Below are positions 26,509 to 40,930 of a stretch of 64,000 nt of DNA, piece by piece. Below the pieces are notes generated by a model, which was not told where the DNA came from, made no database searches, and saw nothing but the letters and a program-made list of their open reading frames with translations. Source of the stretch: Eledone cirrhosa (lineage: Eukaryota); NCBI GenBank assembly GCA_964016885.1, contig OZ024743.1, positions 24,552,001-24,616,000 on the forward strand, read 5' to 3'. Position numbers and translations under genes: made by a program. Each line of letters starts with the position of its first letter. Positions within the stretch are counted from its first letter, which is position 1.

Positions 26509-29500
26509 ATGGATGTGTTAAGAGTAGGATGTTTGAATGCACGTGGCCTGGGCTCAACTTGGAAGCAAGCAAAGCTTCTAAATGACCTCAGGTCATGTAG
26601 TATAAATGTAATGGTTATCTGTGAGACTCGAATCAGCGTCGTGCGGCAGCTGGCCCCCACCTTCGATGACTTTGAGGTGCATGCATCTCTCTGTCAACCT
26701 GGAGGTGGGGCTGGGGTTGTCGTACTGCTGCAAAAACACCTGGGTCTTGCCGTACAGGTTGTGCACTCGGACCCGGAGGGTCGTTTGTTGGTGCTAGACG
26801 TTGGCAGTAGTGAAAGTGCGGCCTTGAGACTGGTCGCCGTCTACTCCCCTTTCGGAGCTGAACGGCCCGACTTCTTCCAGCGTTTGGAGACTTTTCTGGG
26901 AACGTCGCGTTCCCTGCTTCTAGCGGGGGATTGGAATGACATCCTAGATGCACGTTGGGACTATGCAGGAGCATGTCCTAATAGAGGGGGTGTAACAGCC
27001 TCAAGGGGTTACTCGACCGTTTTAACTTGGTCGATAGATATCGACTAGATTTTCCAACTGTGCCTATCTGGACTTGGAGAAACCACAGTGGTCAATCTAG
27101 ATCGTACTTAGATAGATTCTTAGTTAGAAATAAGGATAGGGACATATTAAGCTGTCCAGAAATGCGCACGGTTGGCTACACGGATCACAAATTAGTGACC
27201 TGCGTAGTCAATCTCGAGAAAACACATAAACAGGGTCCCGGTTACTGGAAACTTAATTTGTCTTTACCGGCAAAAGAGACTTACAGAAACCGGATTAGCA
27301 GATTAGTTAAGGAGAGGTTGACGGGTGCAATCGTCAACAACCGATGGTGGGCATCTCTCAAAAGAGAGATTAGAACAGAATCAATAAGTTATAGCAAGAT
27401 GTTAGCTGCCGATAGGAATAGAAACGAGAAAGAATTAACAGGTAAATTAGAAGAGGCAATCAAGAGCGAAGATGTGGCCAGAGTGCTGGCATCGAGGACG
27501 GCCTTGAACCAGTTTTTCGATGCAAAGCACGAAGGCTGCGTCATTCGAAGTAAAATACGTGCTCTAGGTAATGAGGGGGCCAAAGCCGTTGGATGGGCCC
27601 GCGTGACAGAAGCTAAGAGTGGAAATCGATCCACCATCCGGTCGTTGCAAGACGAAGATGGACGGGTGATCCGGGAACCTAAGCAGATGTGCGAGGCCTT
27701 TCAAAGGCACTTTGCCCGATTGTTCGGGGGAGGCGAGGGTCCGGGCGGGGGCGTGGATTTCGGTCCATACCTCGACGGCCTGCCGCGTCTCTCGAACGAA
27801 GAGGCAGAGTCCTGCGAGGGACCAATCTCGGCTGATGAGATCGGAGATGCGCTGAGCCAATGCAGCAGACGCAAATCTCCAGGTCTCGATGGTATACCTT
27901 ACGAACTTTATTTAGCAATGCCGGTCTTCTTCTCCGAACTCCTCGAAGCGGTCTACTGCAATTGGCAGCAGAACGGGAGAATTCCTTGTTCTGTAGCCAA
28001 GGGCGTAGTCACGCTGGTGAGGAAGGACGAGAACAAGAGGGATAGTATAAATAATTTTCGGCCCATAACCCTGCTAAACACAGAGTTAAAGATTTTGGCC
28101 AAGGTGTTAGCAAAGAGGTTGGCGCTTGTCGTGGGTGGCCTGGTGGGAGATGCGCAGACATGTGCTATCCCATCCAGGTCCATTCACGATAACCTCCACC
28201 TCATGCGATACATCATAGAGAGGGTTGGCAACAAACCCGGCTTCGGTGGGGCCCTGATCAACTTGGATCAGTCTAAGGCCTTCGATAGGGTCGACCATGG
28301 TTACCTGGATGCGGTGCTAGCGGCGGCTGGGTTCGGTCCTGTTTTCAGAGGCTGGATCACTGCGCTACATGGCAACCACATCTGTTCTAGGATCAAGGTG
28401 AACGGCTACCTTTCGAAGCCGTTCGAAATCACACGATCCATTCGACAGGGGTGCCCTCTCTCCTCCCTTCTGTACGTATTGACTCTCGAGCATTTACTGA
28501 GGAAGTTGGAGTTGTTGCAGGGTATCCCCCTGGAACCAGGATTGAGCAAAGCGGTGTCGGCCTACGCCGATGACGTAACAGTAATGGTATCAACCGACTC
28601 GGAGATCGAGGCGATCGGTACCTTACTGGAGGAGTACGAAAGGTTGTCAGGAGCGAAACTGAACCGGGAAAAATCCATCGGTCTGCAACTCGGAACGTGG
28701 AGAGGCAGACCGATGCCTCCTGACGGTGTCGTCGGACACTGGACGGAGGGCCCGGTAAAGTTGCTTGGGGTCTGGTTTGGACCGGACCTCCAGGTGGAAA
28801 AGAACTGGAACGAGGTTACGAACAAGGTGTTTGCACTAACCCAGAAATGGGCCAAGTGTAAGCTGTCCCTAAAAGGCCGGGCGGAGGTGGCGAACATTTA
28901 CATAGCGTCCGTTACTTACTACCGCCTGACTGTCGTGCCTTGCCCTAAGGAAACACTCACCACCATGGAACGCATGCTCTTCCAATTTCTTTGGAAGAAG
29001 CGTCCTCCTATGGTGAGAAGATCCATCTGCTGCCAACAACCTTCGAAAGGAGGGCTGGGGATGCCGTGGTTGATGATGCGTAGGCACGCATTAAGGCTAC
29101 GGCACCTACAGGTATTCCTCACTGGTCAACCGGTGTGGGCTCCGTTCGTGAAACGAGCCTTTCCGAGACTCGTCTCGCTCACCGAGCTACAGTCCTGGGT
29201 CAAGCAAAGATCCGGAAAACTGGGAGACTGGCACACTGAGTGTGCTCAGGCGCTCAGGGCTCTCTGGCAAGCGAGCCAGGCAATCGGTGGAGAATCCACC
29301 TCATCATTCTATAGAGGGCTGGTGGCTAGCAGGGGCGATGACACCCTTGGAGAGTCGCTGGACATGGAAGAAGACGAACTGGCCAGCCTGTTCGGTAGGA
29401 CTTTTGGCCCAGGACCAATGGACAACTTCCAGAAGTCACTGGCCTGGCAGTGCTACCGGGGGGCTCTACCCGTTCGAGAGAGGCTCTACAGACACGGGCG

Positions 29501-29945
29501 CCCGGGCAGGGATCCCTCAAAAAAGATTTGCCCTAGATACGTGCGTCACGAAGAAACCGTTGCGCACGCATTGGTGCAATGTCCGGGCGTGGCTGATCTG
29601 TGGGGCTACGCCGAACGACTGCTGTCGCGGGTGGCGCCGATTAAATTGACCGCCGAGTCCGTGATGACAATCAAACCGCCTCCCCTCTTCACAAAGGAAG
29701 CAAAGGCGGTTTTTCTGTGCGTAATAGCCATGTTGAAAGAGGTTGTTTGGTGGACACGATTGAAAGGTCTGAGGTCAGGCAACTTCCTCTCTGGCCATAG
29801 TCTGGTCTACTTCTTCCGATATCACTTCGGAAGAAGGATAAGAATGGAGAGAGAGGTGCTTGGCCACAGGCAGTTTTATGAAAGGTGGGTGATAGTGGCG
29901 AGAATGGCTCGTGTAAATGGGCCTTCTCTGTATACCATCCTGTAG
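26509..29945 (+). pseudogene. Tx1 ORF2 APE-RT with one frameshift near 26990
   Basis: APE: LNARGL, CETR, VYSP, GDWN, YLDRF, TDHK; RT: SPGLDG, FRPITLLN, LDQSKAFDRVDH, RQGCPLS, YADDV; C-terminal CPRY..H..C; the break sits in a G5 run. Confidence 0.9.
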
Positions 29946-30169
29946 GTAAAGAAGTAAAGGAGAGGGGAGCACCTTCTCCATGTGCTCCCCGGGCAAAGGA
30001 TTGCACACTTCTTCGGGGGTGTGTGCAACCCCCATCACGTCCCCTCCCTTTTGAGGTTATTTTCGATTATTTTCATGTTACACCCTTTTTACTCGACTAT
30101 ATGTAAACTCCCCCTTTGTATTTGTCCCTTCTTTTTATGCCTTTATGGTAAATAAAGAAATATATCTAT

Positions 30170-30202
30170 ATGCCTATCGCCTTCTCTCTCTCCCTTTATA
30201 TT

Positions 30203-30233
<31 letters not shown>

Positions 30234-30660
30234 CTCAATCTTTCTCTCGCTTTCACACACACTTCCTCTTTCTCTCTCTATCTCTCACTCTCACTCTCTC
30301 TATATATATTCCCCTTTCTCCCCCTCTCTGTCTCTCTCACTCTGTCACTCACTCTCTCTCACTCTCTTCCTCTCTCTCACTCTCTCTCTCTTTCTCTCTC
30401 TCTTTCACACACACTTTCTCTTTCTCTCTCTATCTCTCACTCTCACTCTCTCTATATATATATCTCCCGATTCTCCCCTTCTCTGTCTCTCTCACTCTGT
30501 CACTCACTCTCTCTCTCTCCCTCTCTCTCCCTCTCTCTCTCTTTCTCTCTCTCTTTCGCTCTCTCTTTCACACACACTTCCTCTTATTCTCTCTATCACT
30601 CACTCTCTATATATCTCTCCCTTTTCTCCCCCCCCCCTCTCTCTCTACCCATCCTTTCAC
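30170..30660. repeat. TC-rich degenerate minisatellite
   Basis: Recurrent TTTCACACACACTT..CTCTCACTCTCACTCTCTCTATATATAT units. Confidence 0.8.
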
Positions 30661-31141
30661 TATCATCTTCCTTCACTCCAGTTCCTTATTTGATTCATTG
30701 CCTTAATTTTCCTCCATTATTGTTGTTTTTGTTGTTGATTATTGTTGTTATATTGTTATGTTGTTGTTATGTTGTTATGTTGTTGTTATGTTGTTGAAGT
30801 TGTTGTTATGTTGTTATGTTGTTGAAGTTGTTGTTATTGAGTATTTATTATGTTGTTATTCTTACTGTTTTTAAAGTTGGTGTTAATAACGTTTTTGTTG
30901 AATTTCAAAATAAAAATGTATTTTAATATTAAACAAGTATAACAAACAAATGTATATACATATACAAGTATATATAAATGTGTGTGTGTGTGTGTACACA
31001 CACACACACACACATAAATATACATGTATACAAATACATATATATATATACACACACGTATATATATTACACACATACATATATACACATATACATATAT
31101 ATATATATATGTATGTGTGTATATATTTGCTTTTGTGTGTG

Positions 31142-31191
<50 letters not shown>

Positions 31192-31526
31192 CTAAACAAT
31201 GCTAAATAGAAAAGCAAAAACAACAGAACGGAAAGTTTGAAATATAAAATGGCTGTCGAAAGGTATCGAATGACTTCAGTAATGGCTGACTTAATTTCGT
31301 ATAAGAAACACAGGAAACTGCTGAGATTGATGATTAGACGGCAACTTGAGAGCCTCGTTTGTAGCTTAATTTGCAAACACGGCTGATGGCGCAGTACATT
31401 GGGAAAAGAGGGAGATGTTTTCCGGCGGAGGTGACAAGCAAAATATAAACCGTTCTATCTCATAAATAAAGAGAAGAAATAAGAAAAAGGCTAACAAGGA
31501 AAGAAAAGTAAAGGGGAAGACACATG

Positions 31527-31611
<85 letters not shown>

Positions 31612-31849
31612 AAGTAATATAATCTATGTAGAGAGATAAGTAGATTAGCACAATTAAACAAAGTAAATGATACAAACATGCAAGACATGCGGAGGCGAAC
31701 TTTCTATTGAAGGAAAATCTGAAATAGTAAAAAAAGTAGAATCATGGTTTAATATTAAGGAAGTATTTGGGAATGATGTTAAAAGTTAGGACGTAAAATT
31801 TACTGTCAAAGTGGATGTGTATAATTATGTATGTGTACGCATGTATGTA

Positions 31850-31899
<50 letters not shown>

Positions 31900-31905
<6 letters not shown>

Positions 31906-32330
31906 CTTCGAAAGAGACAAGCACATGGACAGTTCCCGCTGATCGGCTGTCTTCTGGGGATCATTATAGTTTCGGATGTTTCCAAAGATATAGAGCAAAC
32001 AATATAGTACAATGAAGAAATATCATAATTTCACCCTTGATACAGTAGGAAAAATGTCTTTACGTTTTGGACAATTGTCCTTCATCAGATGATAGGACTA
32101 GTGTCCGAAATGTTATAGTGGAGGATGGAATGCCAAGCGATATTTGTTGCGGCTCTCAGCGTACATAGTTGACGTCCCACCGAGATTAACTATGACTTTC
32201 ATACCAGTGCAATGTCAGGGTCGAATACGTCCCTTTCCCTTTTGTTTCTATGGATTGTGTCCCTGTATTTCAACGTCCCGACCTTTTCAGCTTATGTCAC
32301 ACCAACCCCACCTGAGAACTGCGTTAAGAA
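31900..32330. mobile_element. Old fold-back of the GGAC-stem HHR family
   Basis: 32056-32118: head-to-head cores, minus CTGATGA-A-GGAC-AATT-GTCC-AAAA-CGTA-AAGAC and plus CAGATGA-TA-GGAC-TAGT-GTCC-GAAA-TGTT; CCCCAGAAGACA motif on the minus strand near 31950. Confidence 0.6.
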
Positions 32331-33170
32331 GTAAACATGGTTGTAGAATTCTCAGTCACTTACACATTGATTTAATGAATAGAAATATTTGAGGGAGATT
32401 TTATTGACTTTTGTTTATTAGCAGCTCTACATAAGTATTGCTATATGGCTCAATCTATGAATTTCAGGTACATCATCAGTGGGAGACTTCATTGTCTCCA
32501 TATGTCTCGTAAGACTATGAATCTTCACCTGTAAAGTTCCTCACCAAGAATCAAGCTTGGGCAAATTTTTTTTATGGAAGACCAGTAGTAGCCTACGGAT
32601 GCACGTTTTCCTATCGTCACCCCAGCTACCCATGTTATTCGAGAGAAAAGTAAGGCATTAAGAGAATCTACTCTCTGATTCCGATAGTTGCATAGGACGT
32701 CATGTTTTCGAAGATTGTAAAGCATAATTATCACACAATTTTATTATCCCCATTCGTGTGATTATATCAGAAATCAATATATTATAAAAGTAATGTTTCT
32801 AGTTTATGAATATTTATTATTATGGCGTTTATATTTATTATATACCTTATGATTCTTTTAGTTCAACCCCAGCCGAGTCCATTTAATTCGCACGAATAAA
32901 AGTTTGTAATATATCCAGTTGACTAGATACTCTGTGTATACGGTAAATAAATACCTGAGTTTTAATCGAATTCTATGGAGTATTACTCCGTACCCTAACA
33001 GAATCCTCCGCTCCAGCGCCTTGCACCACCAAATCCCTGAAAATAGACGACCATGAACTCCCAACTCAGGTATCGATCGATCATTGATAAGTCATTGAAA
33101 ACACGCTAATGTTTATCCACACCGTTGCCTACCAACAAACCTACCTTTCTTGTACCCCACCCACCCACCC

Positions 33171-33291
<121 letters not shown>

Positions 33292-33970
33292 AGGGTTCAT
33301 GACCTGACACACTGGACATTTTGAAACGACCAGTTATGATAGCTTCTTACTTCTTAATCCTTAACACGATGCAAATAAATTTCAACAAGACATTCAGAAT
33401 ATATTTTGACAGGCAATGATTTATGACTGCAGGCGTTGGCAACGTTTGAAAACCTCTGGTGAAGAACGCTCCCACCTCAAACAACAAGCAGACCAACACC
33501 ACCTTAGCAGTATAACATCAGAAGCCTATATACTACTGTAGACTATGTCTCTTTGTCATACTGCAACGCCACTGCTGCAACACTCATATTTTACTGTTAG
33601 CATCAGAGTTTTTCTAAACATGCCAATCAATCTATAAAGATGAGCCTTTGTTGCACTGTTTTATATTAAAGAGCGCGAATAATCTAATGAAGGATATTTA
33701 CATGGTCACTCGATCTGCTAGAATTTATCATCAGATCTCTCTCTAATTATACACCTAGTGTTTTATATAAGGACACAAAAAATGTAGTCCTATAGGCGCA
33801 GGTATTCTCGTGTGGTTAAGAAGTTCGCTTCGCACGTAGATAGCTAATGTTTTGGTACAAATACGATACTGTGGGTAAATCATTTCAACGATAGCCTATG
33901 GTTGACCAATGGCGTTCGAGTGGTATTTGACAGGCGGAAATTGTGCAAAAACTGACCAGTCATATATTTA

Positions 33971-34108
<138 letters not shown>

Positions 34109-34522
34109 CTCTACTGCCCCAAGTATCGATAATTCTGGTGAGAAATGGTCTAACCAGTTTCTTACTGTATCCATCTTGATATTAGATCCCTTCTTCCTCC
34201 CGTTAGACCTGTACGGAATTCCTTCCTTGCTCACATTCCAACCAGGTTTGATGGTCTTTATTCTCTCTCGTTCACGATTTCACCGAACTTATATTCATGG
34301 AAATTTGGGACTTGACTCCTTCTTCCTCACTTTTCGTTGCTTCACCATCTTTGTTTGTTTACACTCTCGTGTCCCCTTTATTTACGTGTCCCAACGACTT
34401 TTTTTAGCCGTTGCTCGCACCAACCGGAGGTATATGGTCTTTAAAGCGATGAAACATCAATGATGGTTGGAAGATCACTGATGAAGGACTAACTTTATTC
34501 ATATATATATATATATATATAT

Positions 34523-34934
34523 TTAAAAGTTAAACAAGGTTCAATGAATAAATCAAAGAATGAGTTTTACAATAGATTGAAAGCACTCAACAAAAATGGT
34601 TTTCCTGAGTTATTAATATTAATTCAAAATATTAACAAAATAGATATTCTTGTGATGAAGTATATTTCATTATACATATTTCAGAGGTAGTGAGTTAAGT
34701 TCAACAGTACGTCCTCATCAGATAAAATAAGATGATGCATGACATACCCTGACATAGTAGATGGTTAAGATTCAGCCATGACTGAATCTTAACCATCTAC
34801 TATATCAGGGTATGTCATGCATCATCTTATTTTATCTGATGAGGACGTACTGTTGAACTTAACCCAGTGCCTCTGAAATATGTATAATAAAATATACTTG
34901 ATCACAAGAATATCTATTTTGTTAATATGTTGAA

Positions 34935-34940
<6 letters not shown>
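34523..34940 (-). mobile_element. Fold-back element (~160-bp arms) with HHR and tail on the left
   Basis: Centre CATG at 34777-34780; plus-arm HHR 34828-34894 TATTTTAT-CTGATGA-[~32 nt]-GAA-ATATGTAT-A-ATAAAATA; (TA)n flanks. Confidence 0.8.
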
Positions 34941-34974
<34 letters not shown>

Positions 34975-34975
<1 letters not shown>

Positions 34976-35616
34976 TAGCTCCTTCGGTAGAGCACCTTTT
35001 CCGATCAATAAAACGGGTCAACGGATTACCTTGAACCTCCAATCCAAGACCGCACCGAACCCTTAACCCACAGGAACCACACTTCTCTCTGAAGGATCAT
35101 AAGTGTGACTTAAACAGCATCCCTACTATACGTCTCAACCCCACCAAGTCCGACATAGGACGGATTATCAAGCAACTGTTGGACTGCATTATACCTAGGA
35201 TTAAAGCACATTCCCACTTTAACCTCTGGATTAACACGACCGAAGTCATTGATTGGTTCCGACTTAATGGCTACAAAGTGAGGACCAACTTCCAACTTGA
35301 CATTGAAAATTATTACGCTTAAGTCACCCGCCCAATGCTGAAGAGGACCCTAGAATGCATCATGGTCTACACTACAATTGCTTTGAGCCAAGCAGTCACT
35401 TGAGTTCGATGTAAGCAGGAGAATCATTGACACGGCGGGGGCCACCGATCTCATTGGACTCTATGTACTGTCTAAATTAAAAGATCGCTTCCCACAGTTT
35501 GTACCGCGACGATGACCTACTCAACCACTATAAACTCAGCCGCCGCGCAAGCGAGCGAACCAGAAAGGATCTCCTGAAATTTTTTTCACCGACCTGGGAT
35601 TCCTGATTACCATCCA

Positions 35617-35618
<2 letters not shown>
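34975..35618 (+). pseudogene. Decayed Naiad-like PLE RT fragment
   Basis: Translates to FNLWINTTEVIDWF..QLDIENYY..TDLIGLYVL..YRDD, collinear with the 14.8-16.4 kb RT; between (TA)n tracts. Confidence 0.7.
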
Positions 35619-35657
<39 letters not shown>

Positions 35658-35663
<6 letters not shown>

Positions 35664-36100
35664 AAAAAAAACGAAAAATCAGTGATGCATCTGGACTCAA
35701 TTTATTGCGTGTTACAATTGTTTCGCCGGCAGGTAGCTCGAGACATGGTCCTTGTATGGATCTGGCTGATTCAACGGCTGCAGGTTCCTTCAGACACGGG
35801 TAGGTAGTTCGTTCGGAGCAAATTTTATCATAAAATTTGCTCCGAAAATTTGCTAAAATTTGCTCCGAACGAACTACCCGTGTCTGAAGGAACCTGCAGC
35901 CGTAGAATCAGCCAGATCCATACAGGGACCATGTCTCGAGCTACCTGCCGGCGAAACAATTGTAACACGCAATAAATTGAGTCCAGATGCATCACTGATT
36001 TTTCGTTTTTTTATAATATACACACTCTACTCTGTTAAATATTGAGTGCTAATTTTGGCATACCGCCTATGGAAGCACCATAGCTACCATTATACACAAG
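35658..36100 (+). mobile_element. Fold-back element (~160-bp arms) with long-stem-II HHR and tail
   Basis: HHR 35879-35969: CGTGT-CTGAAGG-[~62 nt]-GAA-ACAATTGT-A-ACACG; mirror copy at ~35708-35798. Confidence 0.78.
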
Positions 36101-36125
36101 TATATATATATATATATGTATATAT

Positions 36126-36329
36126 AACAAAGAATGTGTGGTAAGAAACCAGGTGGACCATAACGCACCAGAGTACTCGATACTTAGGGTAATAGAGTGG
36201 GTAATAGGAAAAGAGTCAGAACCCCGCGGCGGCTGAGCTCCGGTCGTTTCGACAGCTAGATCCGAGATCAGTTCGCATCTAGCTGTCGAAACGGCCGGAA
36301 CTCAGCTGTCGGAGTCCTGATTTTTTTTC

Positions 36330-36330
<1 letters not shown>
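36126..36330 (-). mobile_element. Fold-back element, diverged relative of 16592-16802 in the opposite orientation
   Basis: Tail GGACCATAACGCACCAGAGTACTC shared with the 16.75-kb copy; palindromic GTTTCGACAGCTAGAT..ATCTAGCTGTCGAAAC. Confidence 0.75.
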
Positions 36331-36402
<72 letters not shown>

Positions 36403-36744
36403 GCGTGTGTGTGTGTGTGTGCGTGCGTGTGTGTGCGTGTGTGTGTGCACATACATAGATGCATACATACTTTACATAACATAGCATACAAATATACACA
36501 TATATGTGAGGGGCGTATCTGGATGTGGATGTAAATGTGCTTGCATGCACCGCCTCTGAGATCATCAGTGTTGAGTCCCCGTATATCCTGTAGCGGTAAT
36601 CGAATTTAATGATTTAACAAATATACATCAACTACATAAAATAAATACTGAAAGCTAAGTAATTTATAAACCCTGATAGCGTTTGACTACATACCTCTTT
36701 GTGGACAAATATATAAGAGTACATATCAACTGATGAACCGTCAT

Positions 36745-36922
36745 TTGGCAGTATCGGTAGATAGTTGGACGTCATGCTTTCCAGCAGAGTTACGTCCCTT
36801 TACGGTCTGAGTTCAAATCTCGCCGGGGTTAACTTTGCCTTTCATCCTTACGGGGTCGATAAAATAAAGTACCAGTAATGTACTGGTGAATTGCTGGCCT
36901 TGTGCCAAAAGTAGAAACAATT
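36745..36922 (+). mobile_element. tRNA-type SINE
   Basis: Same family as 3373-3558. Confidence 0.85.
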
Positions 36923-37120
36923 ATATTGAGAAATGAATCTTTTATGTTTTTCTGTGTACAATGAGAATAAAAGAATGGTTTTCACATTAAAAGAATTTAC
37001 AACGAGGTTTAGAAAATCTAGTTATACCAATATTAAATCTATCTTAGCTCTTCTATTATATGCTGTACTGTGCATAACTATTATTTAATATACATATATA
37101 CATACACACACATAAATATG

Positions 37121-37153
<33 letters not shown>

Positions 37154-37240
37154 AATATATATAAATATATATATATTTATATATATATATAATATATATA
37201 TATATATAAATATATATATATTTATATATATATAATATAT

Positions 37241-37282
<42 letters not shown>

Positions 37283-37285
<3 letters not shown>

Positions 37286-37661
37286 TGAATCTTCGCTTAT
37301 CCGGACGGTCAAAACCAAACAGTTAGAAAAAGATCCGGTTAAGTGAAATATCCGGATAAGTGAATTCTAAAATCCCATTGTTACATAATGCTCGTGGTTT
37401 CTAATGTTTTGGCTTCTTTTAGACAAAATAAAAGACAAATGCTAAGTAAAGAAAGTTTATTGGAATAACAAAAGAACAGCTAGAATTTATAAGAAAATAA
37501 TTAAACAAACATAAGAATAACTAAAGACTTGGTAAAACTGAATTGAGTCAAGCCATAAAAAGTTAGTACTTTTTTAAAAATGAATAAATAGTAGTATAGA
37601 AATAGGCGTCCAGTAAATCGAATTTCGGAAAAGCGATATCCGGATAAGCCAAGATGCACTG
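37283..37661. mobile_element. pogo/Tigger-type MITE
   Basis: TIRs CAGTGAATCTTCGCTTATCCGGA / TCCGGATAAGCCAAGATGCACTG, TA TSD, internal subterminal TCCGG repeats. Confidence 0.8.
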
Positions 37662-37757
37662 TATATAGTTGAACAAATAAAACAAAATAAACACAGAGAT
37701 GCAAAAATACAGTCTTATTAGGGTCACGCTTAGGTGGAAGTATATACATGTGCGCGC

Positions 37758-37811
<54 letters not shown>

Positions 37812-38044
37812 TCAATACGTACTTATATACACGGAGTCAATCAGTAAATATAGTAACCTCGACTTCCAGTAAAAAGTTTGTTAATCACATAACAATCGCA
37901 CGAACACATAAACACATACACTCATGCACTCACACAGACACACATGCACATACGCACACAGACACACATACAGGCGCACATATATATACATACACACACA
38001 GACATATATATATATATATATATATGTCTGTGTGTGTATGGATA

Positions 38045-38096
<52 letters not shown>

Positions 38097-38102
38097 TTTA
38101 TA

Positions 38103-38203
<101 letters not shown>

Positions 38204-38764
38204 TCATATGTATATATATATATAAATATAGTCATACAAAATATATCTATATACATATACATGTTTGTATGACTATAATTGTCTATATGTCTTTATAAGC
38301 ACTCCCACTCACATGCATAACGTCCCCCACCTCACACCCACACCCACACCCACCCACCCCACACATACACACCAAACCATACACAGACGCACATACACAC
38401 ACAAACGCAGACGCACACACACACGCTATCTCAAACAAAGTCATTGGTTTCGTTCTTATAGTCGGTTTGATAATTATATTCATAATATGCTACCTTAATT
38501 AATTAATCGCTCTCGTTTTGCGGCCAATAACAATAAGTAATTACAGATATTACTATATTACTTGGTGCAATGCTAGGGTGTCCGTGGCGAGTACAATGGA
38601 ATTAGTATAATAGACTTAGATTTTTCCATTGACTCTAATATATCAAATAGGACTTTAGCCATTCCGACAGGTAAAACTCGTTCAGCAAGCGTGCAGAGGT
38701 TATGAATGAAAATAGGATCGTGACATTCTGTGCATATTTATATATTGTAACGCACGTAGATTAA

Positions 38765-38959
<195 letters not shown>

Positions 38960-39038
38960 GTATATATATGATTCTATAAATGTATTTATTTTTGTATATC
39001 TATGCCTGATGTCAGTGTCTATATAATAATTTTTGTAA

Positions 39039-39093
<55 letters not shown>

Positions 39094-39152
39094 TATATAA
39101 AAGTTCGTGTGTATGTATGCATATATATATGAAAGAATTGGGTAATTACAAG

Positions 39153-39210
<58 letters not shown>

Positions 39211-39286
39211 GGCGCGCACACACATATATATATATATATAAATGAAAGTATAGAAATTATTGTGAGCATGAAGCCAACAGTATTTC

Positions 39287-39378
<92 letters not shown>

Positions 39379-39599
39379 GAGAGACTGAGAGATAGAGAAA
39401 GAGGGATATATGCATACAATAGGGTTAGATTATTAGATTCACGAACCTAAATACACGAGTTCGATCTCTGGGCCAAGTGACGGCAGGGACTTCCCTTCAC
39501 GTTATTCCACTCTCTCCCCCCTTCCAATAATTAAATACCAAACTGTATTTAGTCACCAGAAACCACGACAAACTCCGGTCAGATGAACCTTTAACCTTG

Positions 39600-39702
<103 letters not shown>

Positions 39703-39912
39703 GTGTGTGTGTGTGTCTGTATGTGTGTGTGTGTGTCTGTCTGTGTGCGTGTGTATCTGTGTGTCTGTGTCTGTGTATGCGTGTGTCTGTGTTTGTCTGT
39801 GTCTGAATGTGTGTGTGTGTGTGTGTGGTTGTGTCTGTGTCTGTGTGTGTGTGTGTGTCTATGTGTGAAAAGGTATCAAGCAATGAATGAATTGAAATAC
39901 GCAGGTATGAAA

Positions 39913-39981
39913 ATATCAAATAATCGATTAAATGTTCATTATATATAATATATAATGAACATTTAATTGATTATTTAATAT
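39913..39981. repeat. Short palindrome centred on TATATAATATATA
   Basis: ATATCAAATAATCGATTAAATGTTCATT / AATGAACATTTAATTGATTATTTAATAT. Confidence 0.8.
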
Positions 39982-40072
39982 CCCGCCGAGGTTAACTTTA
40001 CCTTTCATCCTTACGGGATCGATAAAATAAAGTACCAGTAATACACTGTGCCAAAAGTAGAAACAATTATAT
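39981..40072 (+). mobile_element. 5'-truncated SINE
   Basis: CCCGCCGAGGTTAACTTTACCTTTCATCCTTACGGG..AGTAGAAACAATT. Confidence 0.8.
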
Positions 40073-40730
40073 TATTACATATATAGTAGTAATAAACTCT
40101 GTAGCCTCGCCATAATGCCTAGAAATATCCATGACCCCAGAAGACAACTGATGAAGGAAAATGTTCTCCCGTTCGTGCTTTCCTATTATTTATAAGTACA
40201 CCTTATCCACCAACTACACAGCCCCTGTTTCTTCTTCATATCTTATTTTGTTTGACCCGTTTAGCTTGTTCGCTTTTTTGGCTCTGGTGGTTAATGGCTT
40301 CTTAACCATCGTCTCAGCGTGTATGACCTTTTTAACTTATGTTTATAGCTCTGGTATCTTCTTATCCATGGAGCGCTTGTCTACACAATACGGAAGTTGC
40401 GTTTCGCTAATTTCTACCCGCCGAAATGCGATTCTCGCTAAATTTATATTTGTAACTCTGTAGTCATGTTATATATATATATATATATATATATATAACA
40501 GGACTACAGAGTTTCGTCTACTAAACTCTATTACTCTATCAGCGGAGCATTGGTTAATCTGGTTACACGAGAGAAAAGATCACCAAGGTACTGCACAGAG
40601 GGATGGAAACTGGTTCTACGTGACTGAGAGTGAAGCTCTTAATCGCAGGGCTGTGCTTGTACACACACACACACGCGCGCGCACACATACACATATACAT
40701 ACAAACACACACAAGCACACACACAAACAC

Positions 40731-40810
<80 letters not shown>

Positions 40811-40930
40811 ATGAACAGATAAATGTATGTATAGATATATATGTATGTTTATATATATGTATATTCTTCTGAGAAATAATAATAAAACCAGAAGAATATA
40901 CATACATGCTTACATGCATACAAAAATACA

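Larger units (their letters stand above)
24343..30160 (+). mobile_element. Near-intact Tx1/L1-clade non-LTR retrotransposon
   Basis: 5' UTR, ORF1, ORF2 (one frameshift), 3' UTR with AATAAAGAAA; (TC)n/(TCTA)n upstream and TC-rich sequence downstream. Confidence 0.93.

Noticed and set aside
26980-27000. Programmed frameshift in Tx1 ORF2 (a break at the homologous place also occurs near 2575)
   Set aside because: The two elements shift in opposite directions, both in G-rich runs inside the APE domain; better explained by homopolymer mutation or sequencing error.
31200-31450. Possible promoter or ncRNA (AAAATGGC YY1-like motif)
   Set aside because: Only short motifs, with no supporting gene structure.
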